Source: Candidatus Cloacimonadales bacterium (GTDB lineage Bacteria > Cloacimonadota > Cloacimonadia > Cloacimonadales > JAFGVF01). From it: a stretch of DNA of 64,000 nucleotides. Numbering within the stretch: the stretch's first letter is position 1; each line of letters starts with the position of its first letter. Position numbers and translations under genes: made by a program. Location of the stretch: contig OY762964.1 in assembly GCA_963667035.1 (NCBI GenBank), positions 2,976,001 through 3,040,000 on the forward strand. The letters run 5' to 3'. Of the stretch, positions 18,824 to 29,297 are shown one piece after another. Below the pieces are notes generated by a model, which saw only the letters and a program-made list of their open reading frames with translations, ran no database searches and had not been told where the DNA came from.

Positions 18824-19897
18824 ATGAAATGTCCAATATGTAAAGAAGAAATGCTTAAGAAGCTGGATGGAGATTATTCAATATTTGAATGTGAGGGATG
18901 CGATAAGGTTTTTGCTAGCCTTAGTTCTATGAAGAATAGTGGTAAGGATGTAGATATTCTTACAGAAATAAGAAATGATACTATGGAACATGGTTTACCA
19001 AGTAATATCTGTCCTAGTTGCTCTAGACAGATGAAAGCTAAACCGGCGAAAAGCCTTCAAAACGAGCCACTTATCGAATATTGTGCAATTTGTAATTTCG
19101 TTTTCTTACCTAAGCAAAGTTATCATACTTTACCGGAAAGAGAAATGATTGATGAATACGATAACATGTCTGATGAAAGTCTTAAAGTTCTTCAAGATGT
19201 AACAGATGATCTAAAAAAGAAGCTTCATGTAAATTCATATGAAAGCATTAAAGATTATTCACCGGTTGAAAGAATATTATTGTATTTCTTCCCAAGGTTA
19301 CTAGGGGCTCCAAAGCTAACTAGAATACCTATTGTTACATCCTTTCTGCTTGGTATAGCGTTAATATTCTCATTTATTCCTAGAAGCATTATGTGGAGTT
19401 CCTTTCAAGAGCCATTGCTCTCTTTTCAACATATTGTGTTTGACTTTTCTATCTCTCAAAGTATCATTGGATTATATGTTCTATTTCTTTTCGGCTCTAG
19501 GTTGGAAGTGACATTGGGAAGAAAAAGTTATCTGATATTTTTAGCATCCACCTACTTTGTTTCATATATACTACGACTTTTTATAAATCCTCAATCGGTA
19601 GTAACAGGTGGTATGTTTCTAACTATGGCAATTACAGCATTCTTTATGTATCTTTTTTATCATTCTCATTTGAGAGGAGCATTCTTTTTAAGAATCTATA
19701 CTATACCCGTTTGGATGTTTACTTTTTTAATGATCATTTTTACACTACTAATCCAATCATCTATTGGTTTTGAAGTCGGAAACATATTATTTCTCATAGT
19801 AAGTTTTGGTATGCCCATCATCTTCTTAATCGCTCTGGGAGGAAGAAAAACAATCCTAAAGAAAGCGGGATTTGAAGAATATACATATTTTAATTAG
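18824..19897 (+). CDS. Zn-ribbon + rhomboid-like membrane protein, apparently catalytically inactive
   Basis: Two N-terminal CxxC..CxxC ribbons; LFLFGSRLEVTLGRKSYL matches the rhomboid TM2-TM3 region; no GxSG motif or catalytic His visible. Confidence 0.65.
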   Translation: MKCPICKEEMLKKLDGDYSIFECEGCDKVFASLSSMKNSGKDVDILTEIRNDTMEHGLPSNICPSCSRQMKAKPAKSLQNEPLIEYCAICNFVFLPKQSYHTLPEREMIDEYDNMSDESLKVLQDVTDDLKKKLHVNSYESIKDYSPVERILLYFFPRLLGAPKLTRIPIVTSFLLGIALIFSFIPRSIMWSSFQEPLLSFQHIVFDFSISQSIIGLYVLFLFGSRLEVTLGRKSYLIFLASTYFVSYILRLFINPQSVVTGGMFLTMAITAFFMYLFYHSHLRGAFFLRIYTIPVWMFTFLMIIFTLLIQSSIGFEVGNILFLIVSFGMPIIFLIALGGRKTILKKAGFEEYTYFN

Positions 19898-20003
19898 ACA
19901 AGCATGGTTTTTCGTTAACCTAAAGGTATTGTTCAGTTTATTCTATTGACATAGGATTTCTGAAAGATTAGTATCGGATATTAGCAAGTGTTAAGAGGTT
20001 AAA

Positions 20004-22604
20004 ATGAAAAAACTTGTACTTATTTCTTTATTTCTTGTAACATTTTTATTACTATCGGCCTACGGTGGAGATGGCAATCTATACGGAGGCTACTATTTTG
20101 CAACAAATCTTCCGGGCCCGGACACTCTGTCTTTTCATCCCGAATTCGAATGGATAAATTTAGGTCTTTCAGGTAATACTCCCGAGTATGGTAACGCTGA
20201 CTCGGATGACGGATATGTTGAAGTACCCATTGGATTCTCATTTAACTATTTTGGGAATACGTACGATTCTATCTTCATTGGCACTAACGGCTATTGCTCT
20301 TTTACAAATCCCGTATCAGCAAGCTATCTTGCAACTAATATGAGTATTCCGCAAACAACATCTCCAAACAATGTTATAGCTCTTTGTGCAATGGATCTTC
20401 AAACTGAATTTATACCGTCTATTTGTATTTATGGTAACGATTCTGAAGGAAACTTTGTTTATTCGGTATCTGGTTGGAACGATTATGATGATGATGACGA
20501 AACATGGGATGTACAAATGATTCTTTATCCTACAGGTAGAATTAAGATACAGTATAATAATGTTATAAACTTAGGGAACAACTCATCTACAATGATGGGA
20601 GACTGTTGTATTGGCATTGAAAACATCAACGGTACTATTGGTCATCAATATAGAAACAATGGTGATGGAGGTGAAGTTCAAAGTCTTATGGCACTATCTT
20701 ATGCACCTTCTCCTGAATTGCTTTCCGAAACAGGAGAACCAATCGTCTATCAAAATGAATTAGATTTTGGTTATTGTGAGATTAACGCAGATATAGATAC
20801 TCTCTACCTAAATATAAACAATTATTCACTAAGTTCCATTATAATACAGGCTGCTCCTATGATAAGTGGAGATAATACAGCTTTTACTCTATTTGATGAA
20901 AGCATCTATCCTTTTATAATTCCTAGTGAGGGACAATTAATCTATCCTATAACTGTCACTCATGATTCGACAGGAGTAAGAAATGCTATTATCTCATTTT
21001 CTGATGGATTAAATCAATATCAAACATCCTTGATATCCTACAATTACCAAGAGGATAACAACGATGTTTCAGAGAATTCAAGTGAGATTAATGTGTTTGA
21101 ATATCATACTTATACTGCTGTAATAGCACCTGAAAATGATGTCGATTGGTATGTCTTCTGGCTTACTTCCCCGGGAAATTTAACGATACACACTGAAACT
21201 ACTAATACCTCTTCCTTAGATTTACAAGCAACTTTATATGGTCCTTATCAAAACAGTAACCAGATTATCGATGAATCTCATTTAGTCAGCGTTGATAATA
21301 ACGGATGGTCTGATGATTACAACCCATTGATAGGAGAAGAAAGAATTGAGGATAGTGGATTCTACTACCTAAAAATAGATGAGGAAAATGAATCTCCCGG
21401 ATATGATAAACTATACAGTCTGTTTATTGAGTACTGGGAGGTTAGTTATGAAGTACCGGAACCTCCTATTAATTTAGACATTCTTTTAGTATCTCAAGGA
21501 ATTCAACTCTCTTGGGAATGGGGTGATGGAATGCCGTTTATCGGATTTGGAGGTTTTAATGTTTACAGAGATGATCAATTGATTAATGAATCCCCATTAA
21601 TGGACTCACTGTTTATTGATTCACCTAATGATATGGAGACCGGAACAGTATTTGAGTACAAAGTAACAGCATATAGTTCATATTTAAACTTAGAATCAGC
21701 TCCTTGTGATTCTGTGTTGTTTCAGATACAAACCCCTCTTTTTAGTGATGATTTTGAATCATACGATGATTTTAGTATAGAATTTGCTCCATGGATTACT
21801 ATTGATGTAGATGGTAATAATACTCATTCATTCTCTAATGAAATAAGCTATCAAAATGAAGGTATTCCTCAAGCATTTATGGTATTTAATCCTTCTGAAA
21901 CCAACCCACCCATTGACTTTATAGAAGCTTATAAAGGCGATAAGTTTCTAATAAGTACATGTAGTGTAACAAGCAATAATGAGAATTGGTTAATAACTCC
22001 TTTAATAAATTTACCTGATTCAACAACCCATGTAAGCTTCATGGCAAGAGCATTAACAACACAGTTTGGTATGGAACAGTTTAGTATAGGTGTTTCTAAT
22101 GGATCTCAAAATATAAGTGATTTTGAGCTGTTAAATGGAGATTCTCCTATTCAAGTATCTGATACTTGGACATGTTATACATTTTCTCTTGATGAATATG
22201 CAGGCAATCAAATAAGAATTGGCATTGTTAGCAATGCAACAAATACAATGATGTTTATGTTGGATAGTTTTCTTGTAGCTAACTCAGAGATTACTCTTAA
22301 CAATAATGAGGAAGTAATTACGGGCGAGCAATTAATGCTACTAAACAACTTCCCTAATCCATTCAATCCTGAAACTAATATCACTTTCTTTATATCGAAA
22401 ACTGCTAATATCCAATTGGAAATCTTCAATATTAGAGGGCAAAAAGTTATGACACTTTTAGACAGAGATGTTGAGAAAGGATATCATTGCATTACTTGGG
22501 ATGGAAAAGATATGAATGGAAACAATGTTTCTTCCGGGGTTTATTTATACCGTTTACATTCAGATAGTTATACCAGCTCAAGAAAGATGATATTGATGAA
22601 ATAG
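20004..22604 (+). CDS. Secreted protein with Fn3, cleaved-adhesin (choice-of-anchor J) and T9SS/FlgD-type C-terminal domain
   Basis: Signal peptide; DDFESY..W...DVDG...NWLITP; NFPNPFNPET...SSGVYLY..RKMILMK. Confidence 0.85.
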   Translation: MKKLVLISLFLVTFLLLSAYGGDGNLYGGYYFATNLPGPDTLSFHPEFEWINLGLSGNTPEYGNADSDDGYVEVPIGFSFNYFGNTYDSIFIGTNGYCSFTNPVSASYLATNMSIPQTTSPNNVIALCAMDLQTEFIPSICIYGNDSEGNFVYSVSGWNDYDDDDETWDVQMILYPTGRIKIQYNNVINLGNNSSTMMGDCCIGIENINGTIGHQYRNNGDGGEVQSLMALSYAPSPELLSETGEPIVYQNELDFGYCEINADIDTLYLNINNYSLSSIIIQAAPMISGDNTAFTLFDESIYPFIIPSEGQLIYPITVTHDSTGVRNAIISFSDGLNQYQTSLISYNYQEDNNDVSENSSEINVFEYHTYTAVIAPENDVDWYVFWLTSPGNLTIHTETTNTSSLDLQATLYGPYQNSNQIIDESHLVSVDNNGWSDDYNPLIGEERIEDSGFYYLKIDEENESPGYDKLYSLFIEYWEVSYEVPEPPINLDILLVSQGIQLSWEWGDGMPFIGFGGFNVYRDDQLINESPLMDSLFIDSPNDMETGTVFEYKVTAYSSYLNLESAPCDSVLFQIQTPLFSDDFESYDDFSIEFAPWITIDVDGNNTHSFSNEISYQNEGIPQAFMVFNPSETNPPIDFIEAYKGDKFLISTCSVTSNNENWLITPLINLPDSTTHVSFMARALTTQFGMEQFSIGVSNGSQNISDFELLNGDSPIQVSDTWTCYTFSLDEYAGNQIRIGIVSNATNTMMFMLDSFLVANSEITLNNNEEVITGEQLMLLNNFPNPFNPETNITFFISKTANIQLEIFNIRGQKVMTLLDRDVEKGYHCITWDGKDMNGNNVSSGVYLYRLHSDSYTSSRKMILMK

Positions 22605-22625
22605 ATACAAAACATTAGATAAACA

Positions 22626-22655
22626 AAAAGAGTACCGAGGAATCGGTACTCTTTT
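22626..22655. terminator. Bidirectional terminator between convergent genes
   Basis: AAAAGAGTACCGA-GGAA-TCGGTACTCTTTT. Confidence 0.88.
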
Positions 22656-22673
22656 ACTATAATTGTTGTTAAT

Positions 22674-25600
22674 CTATCTTCTGCTTCTAACAGGTAATGT
22701 ATCTGTTGATGAAACTATACGATAGAACTTCTTATTAACATTATCAGTATCGGTCCATGTTGCATCTGTTACTATGGTTTCTAATACCCAAAGATTTAAA
22801 TCTGCAAATGGATTTGATGATGAATATACTTTGTATGTAGTTGCATTAGTAGCAGTATCCCAAGTTAGTACCCTTCCATTTTCAGAATGAGCAATAGCAA
22901 GATTAACTACAACATCAGGAGTAACAACTCCTCCCTGACCGGTTGGATAACCTAAGTTAGAGTAATCATCAATATCATTAACAATCCACTGAGAATTGGA
23001 AGCATCTGTTCCAGCAGAGGTTGTCCAGTCGGTTGTTGCTCCAGTAACGGTTTCTTTTCTTATCAAAGTATGGTCAACTGTAGCATTGGTAACATCAGCA
23101 ACATCCCATCCTGTTCCGGGATCTGCACCTTCTGTACCTACAACATCGATAAGAACACCATTATATGCTAAACCCATTGCATCATCACCGTTGAAATAAC
23201 AAATAGTTGTTCCTACTAAATCAGCAACTGCTTGAATTTCAGCAATAGCACTTGAGTTACATACGACATAAACATCTCCTGCTGCAAGTGTACCTGATAA
23301 GGCAACTGCATTTGTTTCTCCTTCTACCCAATCACCACCATTGGAGATTCGCCAGAATTCAACAAGACTTAAATCTACCGGATCTGCACCTGCATTATAT
23401 ATCTCTATAGCTTTATTGTTAGATGAGCCCTCTATGTATTCGCTGATATAGATATTAACTTCGGTAGGTTCTACAATTGTGTAAACGGCTTCACCAATAT
23501 TACTTGGAGTGAAACCTACTTTATATGCTTTTGCTTTGAGTGTTGTTGTTTCACTGACATTTATTGCAATAGTATAAAGTGTTGATGTTTCATCAGGGTC
23601 TGTACCATCTGTAGTATAATAAATTGATGCCTCTGCAGTATCGCAGAGTATCTCAACACTTTGAGTTTCGGAATAGGTACCTGTTCCCGGACTGAATGTA
23701 GGTGTGGCTACAACAGTAGTTATAACATCTAAATCAGTAAGGAATCTTGATGTAAAGAATTCACCCTCTGAGCGAGAGTTAAGAATTCCGGTAACATTAA
23801 CCGGTTGTGTTGGAATAGCTGTTCCTATATAATCAACATCATAGAATGTTGAACGGAAATTATAGCTGTCAACTCCATCAGATAATGTGTAAACTGTTCC
23901 GTTAGCAAATGAACCTGTTTCTACAAATGAAACATTGTTCACTGTTACTACTTGAGCTTCATAGCTTTCAAAGCTAGTTGAGAGGTCTGAAAGAGTAAGC
24001 ACTACCGGAGTTACTGTGTTACCTGTTGATGTTGCAACTCCAGGGTCATTAGAAGGAACAAACTGTAACATTCCACCATAAGGACTAAGAGTTCCACATA
24101 TACCTGTTATTCCATCATACAAGTTATAAATAGTTGTAATATTCCCTGTACTATCATCTATCAGAATTGCTCCTGTAGCATCCTGAATATATTTCTGGTT
24201 ACGATAAGATTGCTGGAATGTTATTACAACTTCACCGGTAAGACAGTAATATGTTCCATCTGCAGAACCGGCTCTCAAAGCAGCAATATTGGTAACTTCA
24301 GTCATTACTGAATAATTATTTACTGAGCTTTCTCCTGTCATTGGACCTACATTTGAATCTGTTGCACTTACTTTGTAGTATACTACTGTGCCACCTGCTT
24401 GAGCAGGAATGTTTGCTGTATAAGTAGCTCTGTTGAGACTCATATTCACACTGTTTGTAAGTGCATCAGAAGCAACTCCCCAGTACAATGTAGCAGAAGC
24501 AATACCATCATCATCAGTGATGTCAGCAGTAACTGTTACTATGTCTGTTGAAGTTGGAATATCGGGTGTTGAAATTACATTTGTGATTGCAGGAGCTATA
24601 TTTACACCTTCAATTACTGTACCTTGAAGCAGGATATTATCAACTTCCCAGGCTGCAGCTCCATCTGTAGGATTAGAGGTATATTTGAAAGCAATTCTAC
24701 CTGATCCTACATATCCTGAAAGATCAATTATACCAGAATTAGCCCAAGCAAAACCACCAGTAGAAAGAACAGGGTTAAGCATTGTCCAGTTAGCAGTGGT
24801 CGGATCATCTATATAATCAGTAGAGACATATACTTCAATTGCAGGACCGGAATAATTATATGCTGAATCAAATGAGAATTGCTCATTATCATAAGCATTA
24901 AAATTAACTTGTGGTGAGATTAACCAGTCTTCATTATTAGTAGCTACACCTGAGTAGCCATTAATATAAGCGTAATAGTTTTCACTGTATGAAGTAGTAT
25001 ACCAGTATTGGTCACCTACTACTGAATATGGAGTCCAATTTCCAAGAGTTGTAGCTTCAAAGTCTTCATTGAAAATATCTACTAATGGAAGTGAACCTGT
25101 TCCTGTAAGATTTATTACAACATTATCAAAGCCATCAGACATGTGAGTAATAGTTCCTGTTTCCTCACCCGACACTGTTGCTGTGTATCTAACCCAGATT
25201 GTTCCGTCAAAATCAGGATCAAGGTCATATATTTCCGTATCCCAGCTCAAAGCATTATCTGATACTTCGAAAGGTCCTGATACTTCTATATTGATAACAT
25301 CTACAAGATCGACACCTTGTAAGGTATATTCTTGAGAAGCAGAAGTGGATCCAACTTCAGCTTCGAAACTCAATTCATTAGTACTTACAATTATACCTTC
25401 TGTTGGAGTTGGTTCTGTAATTGTGAAACTTTGCTCGCTAGAAGTGGTTATTGCAGTATCATCATCTGTTGCCTCAACAACGAAGTAATATGTACCTGCT
25501 ACTAAACCTGATAATGTAGCACTATAGGTTGAACGAGTATTCATTGAAACTGTTGTTCCATAAACACCTGATGCTGTTCCATATTTGAGTTCTACGTTTG

Positions 25601-28600
25601 AAACGGCACTATCGTCAGTAACATCAGCAGTAATAGTAACATTCATACCAACTTCAGGAGCTGCAGGATTAACTAAGATGTTTGTTATAACTGGTAATTC
25701 ATTGAAGTTTGCAGTTGTTTGACCTAAGTTACTGTAGTCATCTTCTCCAAGAACTATCCATTGTGAATCGGATAAGTCAGTACCCGCAGAAAGAGTCCAA
25801 TCTGTAGTTCCTTCAGTTACTGTAGATTTTCTAATAAGAGTGTGATTTGCTGTAGCATCAGCGATACCAGCAACAGCCCAACCATTTCCAGGATCAACAC
25901 CTTCAGTACCAACAACATCAATAAGTATGCCATTGTAAGCTAATCCCATTGCATCATCGCCATTGAAGTAAGTTATTGATGAGCCTACAGAATCAGCTAA
26001 AGCTTGGATTTCTGGAATAGCACTAGAATTAACATTAACCCATACTTCTCCTGGATTCAATGTTCCGGTTAAAGTTGTTGCATTAGTTGCACCTTCTACC
26101 CAATCACCACCATTTGAAATTCGCCAAACTTGTACCATAGATAAGTCTACCGGCACTGTATCAGCATTATAGATTTCGAATGCTTTATTGTTGGAAGAAC
26201 CTTCAAGATATTCACTAATGAAGATATTCGGCACATTAATTTCTTCTATTGTATAAATTGCTTCTGCAACAATACTTTCTGTATAATCTACTTTATAAGC
26301 TCTTGCTTTAACAGTAGTTGTTTCGCTAATACTGATTGCTCCGGTATAAAGAGTTGAAGCTTCATCAGGATCTGTTCCATCAGTTGTATAATATATTAGT
26401 GCATCAACTGTATCACAAAGAATCTGTACACTCTGTGTATCTGCATAAGTACCCGCTTCAGGGGTAAAGGTTGGTGTTGCAACAACCGGAACTGTAGATG
26501 TCACTATATCAGCAGCATCTCTAGCTGAGATATATTCACCATCAGTACGAGAGTTCATTATACCTGATAATGTAACTGCTCCTGAAGGGATTACTGTTCC
26601 AATATAGTCTACATCGTAGAATGTTGTGCGGAAGTTGTAATTGTTAGTACCATCTGTAAGTGTATAAACTACACCATTTGCAAAGTTACCTGTCTCTACA
26701 AATGATACATCGTTTACTGTTACTACTTGTGCTTCATAAGTTTCAAAACCTGCTGTAAGGTCTGAAATAGTCACTATAGCAGGGGTGATTGTGTTACTTG
26801 TTGATGTGGCTACACCCGGATCAGATACAGGACTAAATTGAAGCATTCCACCGTACTCGCTAAGTGTACCGCGAAGTCCAGTAATACCATCATTAACATT
26901 ATAAGCAGTTGTTACAAAACCACTATTATCATCAATAAGAATACCACCTGTGGCATCTTGGACATACTTCTGATTACGATATGTTTGCTGATATGTAAGA
27001 ATTGCTTCTTCTGTGAGACAATAGACTGTTCCGTCTGTTGTACCAGCTCTAAGTGTAGCAATATCAGAAACATTAACAGTACTGATTATGCTGTAGTTAT
27101 AGGTTGAGCTTGTAGTAGTTGCAGGTTCCAAGTTTGCATCAACCGCTACTATTTCGTAATATACTGTTGAGCCACCTGCTTGAGCAGGGATTTCAGCTGT
27201 ATAAGTAGCTCTGTTTAGTGTCATTGCAACATTGTTGGTCATCGCATCTGAGGCAAGACCCCAGTTCAATGTAGCGGAAGCAATGCCATCATCATCTGTA
27301 ATATCTGCTGTAACAGTTATTACTTCTGTAGCTGCCGGAACTTCAGGAGTATTAGCAACATTAGTAATTACTGGAGCTGGATTTGCTGCAGGAGGAGGTG
27401 TTGGACTACCAAGATTAGAGTAATCATTGATAGTACTAACAATCCACTGTGAATCGGTTGCACTAGTTCCTGCTGATGTTAACCAATCGGTAGTGGCAAA
27501 ACCTGTTGTCTTACGAATAAGGGTATGGTCTACTGTTGCAGCTGTTTCTCCGGCTACATCCCAACCTGTACCTGGATCTGCTCCTTCCGCTCCGACAACG
27601 TCAACAAGGGTTCCATTGTAAGCTAGACCCATAGCGTCATCACCGTTGAAGTAGCAGACTGTGGTTCCTACTAAGTCTGAAAGTGCTTGAATCTCTGCGA
27701 TTGCACTTGAGTTACATATTACATAAACTTCTCCCGGTGCTAAGGTTCCGGATAAAGTAACTGCATTAGTTGCTCCCTCTGCCCAGTCTCCACCGTTTGA
27801 GATACGCCAGAATTCAACAAATCCAAGGTTAACATCATTGTCACCTGCATTGTAGATTTCTATAGCTTTATTGTTTGATGAACCCTCAATATACTCACTA
27901 ATGTAGATATTAGCCGGTTCTGCTACTGAGAAGTCATAGGTTGATTCTGAAACTGAACTTGGTCCATATCCTACCAAGTAAGCTTTAGCTTTTACTGTTG
28001 TAGTTTCACTGATTGATATTGCTGTCGAATAAAGTGTTGAAGCTTCTGTAGGTTCTGAACCATCTATTGTATAGTAGATTGAAGCTCCTACTGTAGAACA
28101 GAATATCTCAACTGACTGTGTTTCTGAATAGATACCACCGTCAGGAGTAAAGTAAGGTGTAGATACTATCGGAAGTACAACATTGTAACTTCTCTCGTCG
28201 CTTGTTTCTGTATTAGTATCGTTATCAGTTGCAGATACAGTATAATAAACTGTAGCACCATCAGCTTGAGCAGGAATAGTGCCTGTGTAAATATCACCTG
28301 AATCAAGTGACATTGATACTGTGTTTGTAAGTGAACCGGATGTAAGTCCCCAATTAATCTCTGCTGATGTGATAGAACCGTCATCGGTAATAGTAGCACT
28401 GATTACACAATCCTCACTTGGTGAAGGAGTATCGGGAGTATTAGATATACCTGAGATAATTGGAGTAGTAACTGCACCACCACTGTAGTCGGTTACTGTC
28501 AAATCATCGATTAATAGACGTTCTTTGTCTTCGATATTTCTAATTCTGAAGAATATATCGTCACCGGGTAGATTAACTGTTTCCGAATACTCGGTATAAG

Positions 28601-29015
28601 TAGTGGAAGTAACATTAACTGAAGAACCGATCGCTGTCCATTCTCCTGAAGTGCTTCCAACCTGGTATTCTACAATAAACTCAATAGGTTCACTTGGAAC
28701 GTTTCCATCCCAATGTCTATACCAGAAAGAGATAGTACCGAGACCACCGTCTTTACCATTTCCGTCTAAACCTTTAAACAGAAGGTATTCCATAATTGTA
28801 CTTGAGTCATCATTAAATCTGACTGCTTTTCCGGAACGAGCATAGGTTTCATGAACCATTGCATTGTTGTTTTCCCATGTTCCTATGCCATCATGTGTGT
28901 ATTCCACAACACCGGCATAAGAGCCATCAGACCATGCGTCAAAGTTTTCAGTGAAGTCTGCAAACAAAACTAAACTGAATACAAGGATTGCAAAAGAAAG
29001 AAATATTCTCTTCAT
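22674..29015 (-). CDS. 2113-aa secreted repeat protein (3 lamin-tail, 3 chitobiase/Fn3-associated, 2 OB-fold-like, several Ig-like, 1 cleaved-adhesin-like domain)
   Basis: Signal peptide; ISEY.EGSSNNKA.EIYN x3; IYYT.DG..P.E.STLY x3; IA.LRAG..DGT.YCLT x2; RBS AGGAG. Confidence 0.85.
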   Translation of the reverse strand: MKRIFLSFAILVFSLVLFADFTENFDAWSDGSYAGVVEYTHDGIGTWENNNAMVHETYARSGKAVRFNDDSSTIMEYLLFKGLDGNGKDGGLGTISFWYRHWDGNVPSEPIEFIVEYQVGSTSGEWTAIGSSVNVTSTTYTEYSETVNLPGDDIFFRIRNIEDKERLLIDDLTVTDYSGGAVTTPIISGISNTPDTPSPSEDCVISATITDDGSITSAEINWGLTSGSLTNTVSMSLDSGDIYTGTIPAQADGATVYYTVSATDNDTNTETSDERSYNVVLPIVSTPYFTPDGGIYSETQSVEIFCSTVGASIYYTIDGSEPTEASTLYSTAISISETTTVKAKAYLVGYGPSSVSESTYDFSVAEPANIYISEYIEGSSNNKAIEIYNAGDNDVNLGFVEFWRISNGGDWAEGATNAVTLSGTLAPGEVYVICNSSAIAEIQALSDLVGTTVCYFNGDDAMGLAYNGTLVDVVGAEGADPGTGWDVAGETAATVDHTLIRKTTGFATTDWLTSAGTSATDSQWIVSTINDYSNLGSPTPPPAANPAPVITNVANTPEVPAATEVITVTADITDDDGIASATLNWGLASDAMTNNVAMTLNRATYTAEIPAQAGGSTVYYEIVAVDANLEPATTTSSTYNYSIISTVNVSDIATLRAGTTDGTVYCLTEEAILTYQQTYRNQKYVQDATGGILIDDNSGFVTTAYNVNDGITGLRGTLSEYGGMLQFSPVSDPGVATSTSNTITPAIVTISDLTAGFETYEAQVVTVNDVSFVETGNFANGVVYTLTDGTNNYNFRTTFYDVDYIGTVIPSGAVTLSGIMNSRTDGEYISARDAADIVTSTVPVVATPTFTPEAGTYADTQSVQILCDTVDALIYYTTDGTDPDEASTLYTGAISISETTTVKARAYKVDYTESIVAEAIYTIEEINVPNIFISEYLEGSSNNKAFEIYNADTVPVDLSMVQVWRISNGGDWVEGATNATTLTGTLNPGEVWVNVNSSAIPEIQALADSVGSSITYFNGDDAMGLAYNGILIDVVGTEGVDPGNGWAVAGIADATANHTLIRKSTVTEGTTDWTLSAGTDLSDSQWIVLGEDDYSNLGQTTANFNELPVITNILVNPAAPEVGMNVTITADVTDDSAVSNVELKYGTASGVYGTTVSMNTRSTYSATLSGLVAGTYYFVVEATDDDTAITTSSEQSFTITEPTPTEGIIVSTNELSFEAEVGSTSASQEYTLQGVDLVDVINIEVSGPFEVSDNALSWDTEIYDLDPDFDGTIWVRYTATVSGEETGTITHMSDGFDNVVINLTGTGSLPLVDIFNEDFEATTLGNWTPYSVVGDQYWYTTSYSENYYAYINGYSGVATNNEDWLISPQVNFNAYDNEQFSFDSAYNYSGPAIEVYVSTDYIDDPTTANWTMLNPVLSTGGFAWANSGIIDLSGYVGSGRIAFKYTSNPTDGAAAWEVDNILLQGTVIEGVNIAPAITNVISTPDIPTSTDIVTVTADITDDDGIASATLYWGVASDALTNSVNMSLNRATYTANIPAQAGGTVVYYKVSATDSNVGPMTGESSVNNYSVMTEVTNIAALRAGSADGTYYCLTGEVVITFQQSYRNQKYIQDATGAILIDDSTGNITTIYNLYDGITGICGTLSPYGGMLQFVPSNDPGVATSTGNTVTPVVLTLSDLSTSFESYEAQVVTVNNVSFVETGSFANGTVYTLSDGVDSYNFRSTFYDVDYIGTAIPTQPVNVTGILNSRSEGEFFTSRFLTDLDVITTVVATPTFSPGTGTYSETQSVEILCDTAEASIYYTTDGTDPDETSTLYTIAINVSETTTLKAKAYKVGFTPSNIGEAVYTIVEPTEVNIYISEYIEGSSNNKAIEIYNAGADPVDLSLVEFWRISNGGDWVEGETNAVALSGTLAAGDVYVVCNSSAIAEIQAVADLVGTTICYFNGDDAMGLAYNGVLIDVVGTEGADPGTGWDVADVTNATVDHTLIRKETVTGATTDWTTSAGTDASNSQWIVNDIDDYSNLGYPTGQGGVVTPDVVVNLAIAHSENGRVLTWDTATNATTYKVYSSSNPFADLNLWVLETIVTDATWTDTDNVNKKFYRIVSSTDTLPVRSRR

Positions 29016-29297
29016 CTTTTTTGCTCCTCTCCTTTTTTAGTGATTATTTATTACATGATTAAAACCGAGAATACGGTTGATAAATTATCGATATTAATGT
29101 GTGCTTTTTACAAAGCAGACTCTACATTACTTACCAAGCAAGGGTGTATTACACACTTACTTGATTGAACTAAACTCTTGAAAAGTCTCATGTCAAGCAA
29201 AATAGAGCTATACACGGTTAAATTTTAGTTAAGCATAAATCTTTACCATTCAATAATATATGCTGTGTGCAACTAGCTTTTTCACAAACGACTATAT

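Noticed and set aside
22674..29015. Internal DNA repeats as a CRISPR array or diversity-generating retroelement
   Set aside because: Repeats are long, in-frame, diverged domain duplications; no spacer pattern, cas genes or reverse transcriptase in the window
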